From an uncultured archaeon (GTDB lineage: Archaea > Asgardarchaeota > Lokiarchaeia > Helarchaeales > HEL-GB-B), in contig CAZYEE010000001.1 of assembly GCA_964646355.1 (NCBI GenBank), positions 1 through 15,180 of the forward strand: DNA of 15,180 nt. The letters are read 5' to 3'. Shown here in pieces: positions 14,525-15,180 of the stretch. Position 1 is the first letter of the stretch, and every line of letters starts with the position of its first letter. Under the pieces are notes generated by a model. That model worked only from the letters and a program-made list of their open reading frames with translations. It was not told where the DNA came from and made no database searches. The translations under genes were made by a program, and so were the position numbers.

Positions 14525-15180
14525 ATGCTTAAAGGATTTATAGTATATTTGCCTGGTCCTTCTGGAGAAATTGTTAAATATACTGAGGTTACCTCTGAAT
14601 TTATTAGAAACATAGAAAGAAATGCTAATAGCCCATATTACTCCGTGGCAACTGAAATAAATCAGGTATTATTGAAAAATTTACCAAGAATTGCAAAATT
14701 TCACGCCGGACCAAAATATAGCTGGAGCGATGAGCCGGAAATCCCTACAAGTCCGAATCCTCCAATGGATATTATTAAATTACCCGATGGTTCAGAAGTA
14801 AAGATATTGTATTATTGGCCGTTTCAAGTTAAACATATTGAAACGCACAGAGTTTCTTTAAGTAGAAATTATATTTCTCAAAACATGAGGAGTAATTTGC
14901 CTAATTTTGAGTATATTACCCGGATATCCAGAGATGGTGAACCTATCAAGGAAATCAAATCATTTGACCAAGCAATGAACTATTTCTATTTCAGATGTAC
15001 AAAATGTCATCATTATTTTTTGGAACCTGTCAATTATCACCAATTAAGCTGGCCAGCTTCACCTATTAAAGAAGGATACGTTTATATTAAGGGCAGGAGA
15101 TACTGTGGAAACTGTGGTTATCCCCTAAGATCATTAAGAGAGGCACATGACGCCCTAAATAATCCAGTCGAAAATATTAG
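14525..15180 (+). CDS. Hypothetical protein, N-terminal 218 aa (runs off the right window edge); contains CTKC-x37-CGNCG zinc ribbon
   Basis: My own translation from ATG 14525 gives MLKGFIVYLPGPSGEIVKYTEVTSEFIRNIERNANSPYYSVATEINQVLLKNLPRIAKFHAGPKYSWSDEPEIPTSPNPPMDIIKLPDGSEVKILYYWPFQVKHIETHRVSLSRNYISQNMRSNLPNFEYITRISRDGEPIKEIKSFDQAMNYFYFRCTKCHHYFLEPVNYHQLSWPASPIKEGYVYIKGRRYCGNCGYPLRSLREAHDALNNPVENI..., with no stop before 15180. It is absent from the ORF track because it is open-ended. An alternative in-frame GTG lies at 14516. Confidence 0.75.
   Translation, partial: MLKGFIVYLPGPSGEIVKYTEVTSEFIRNIERNANSPYYSVATEINQVLLKNLPRIAKFHAGPKYSWSDEPEIPTSPNPPMDIIKLPDGSEVKILYYWPFQVKHIETHRVSLSRNYISQNMRSNLPNFEYITRISRDGEPIKEIKSFDQAMNYFYFRCTKCHHYFLEPVNYHQLSWPASPIKEGYVYIKGRRYCGNCGYPLRSLREAHDALNNPVENI

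Noticed and set aside
12148-15180. Interpretation of the right-end cluster as a horizontally acquired island or mobile element on compositional grounds
   Set aside because: My spot counts of G+C on individual 60-nt lines range from 15% to 53% within the cluster, so there is no uniform shift relative to the housekeeping genes. No integrase, transposase, tRNA target or flanking repeats are visible in the window. The idea is left as an open possibility, not a call.
1-15180. tRNA, rRNA, RNase P/SRP RNA, CRISPR arrays, inteins, in-frame stop recoding
   Set aside because: There is no ~70-nt-plus G/C-rich structured segment in any spacer. There are no regularly spaced 25-40-nt repeats. There are no Hint/homing-endonuclease inserts in ftsZ or the other conserved genes. 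No conserved gene is interrupted by an in-frame stop.

Overview
This is an AT-rich archaeal chromosomal fragment. The evidence is GGTGA-type Shine-Dalgarno sites, archaeal FtsZ/SecE/Spt5, and LysY/LysJ-type arginine/lysine biosynthesis genes. I can support 15 protein-coding genes, two of them cut by the window edges. I see no rRNA, tRNA, CRISPR array, transposase or integrase. From left to right the window holds: a partial AtwA-like ABC ATPase (-); the conserved archaeal ftsZ-secE-nusG(spt5) block (+), which is not followed by the usual ribosomal-protein genes; a 175-aa winged-helix protein (-) carrying the E2F/DP-type RRxYD motif, a coiled coil and a short beta-rich tail; a YkgJ-type Cys-cluster protein; a small coiled-coil/zinc-ribbon protein; argD/lysJ and argC/lysY (-); a DUF2061-like membrane protein; a 342-aa all-coiled-coil protein (-); and an ACT-domain protein. 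From 12148 to the right edge there are three co-directional, closely spaced ORFs with no family I can recognise. Two of them contain CxxC...CxxC zinc ribbons. Coding density is only about 73%. Eight AT-rich spacers of 233-695 bp carry short repeats and palindromes. The top leads are: (1) the E2F/DP-like protein; (2) an E2F-consensus-like TTTGGCGC dyad about 125 bp upstream of ftsZ, sitting in the only GCGC-containing intergenic DNA of the window; (3) the uncharacterised three-gene Cys-rich cluster at the right end. All family calls rest on by-eye motif recognition and need profile or structure searches.
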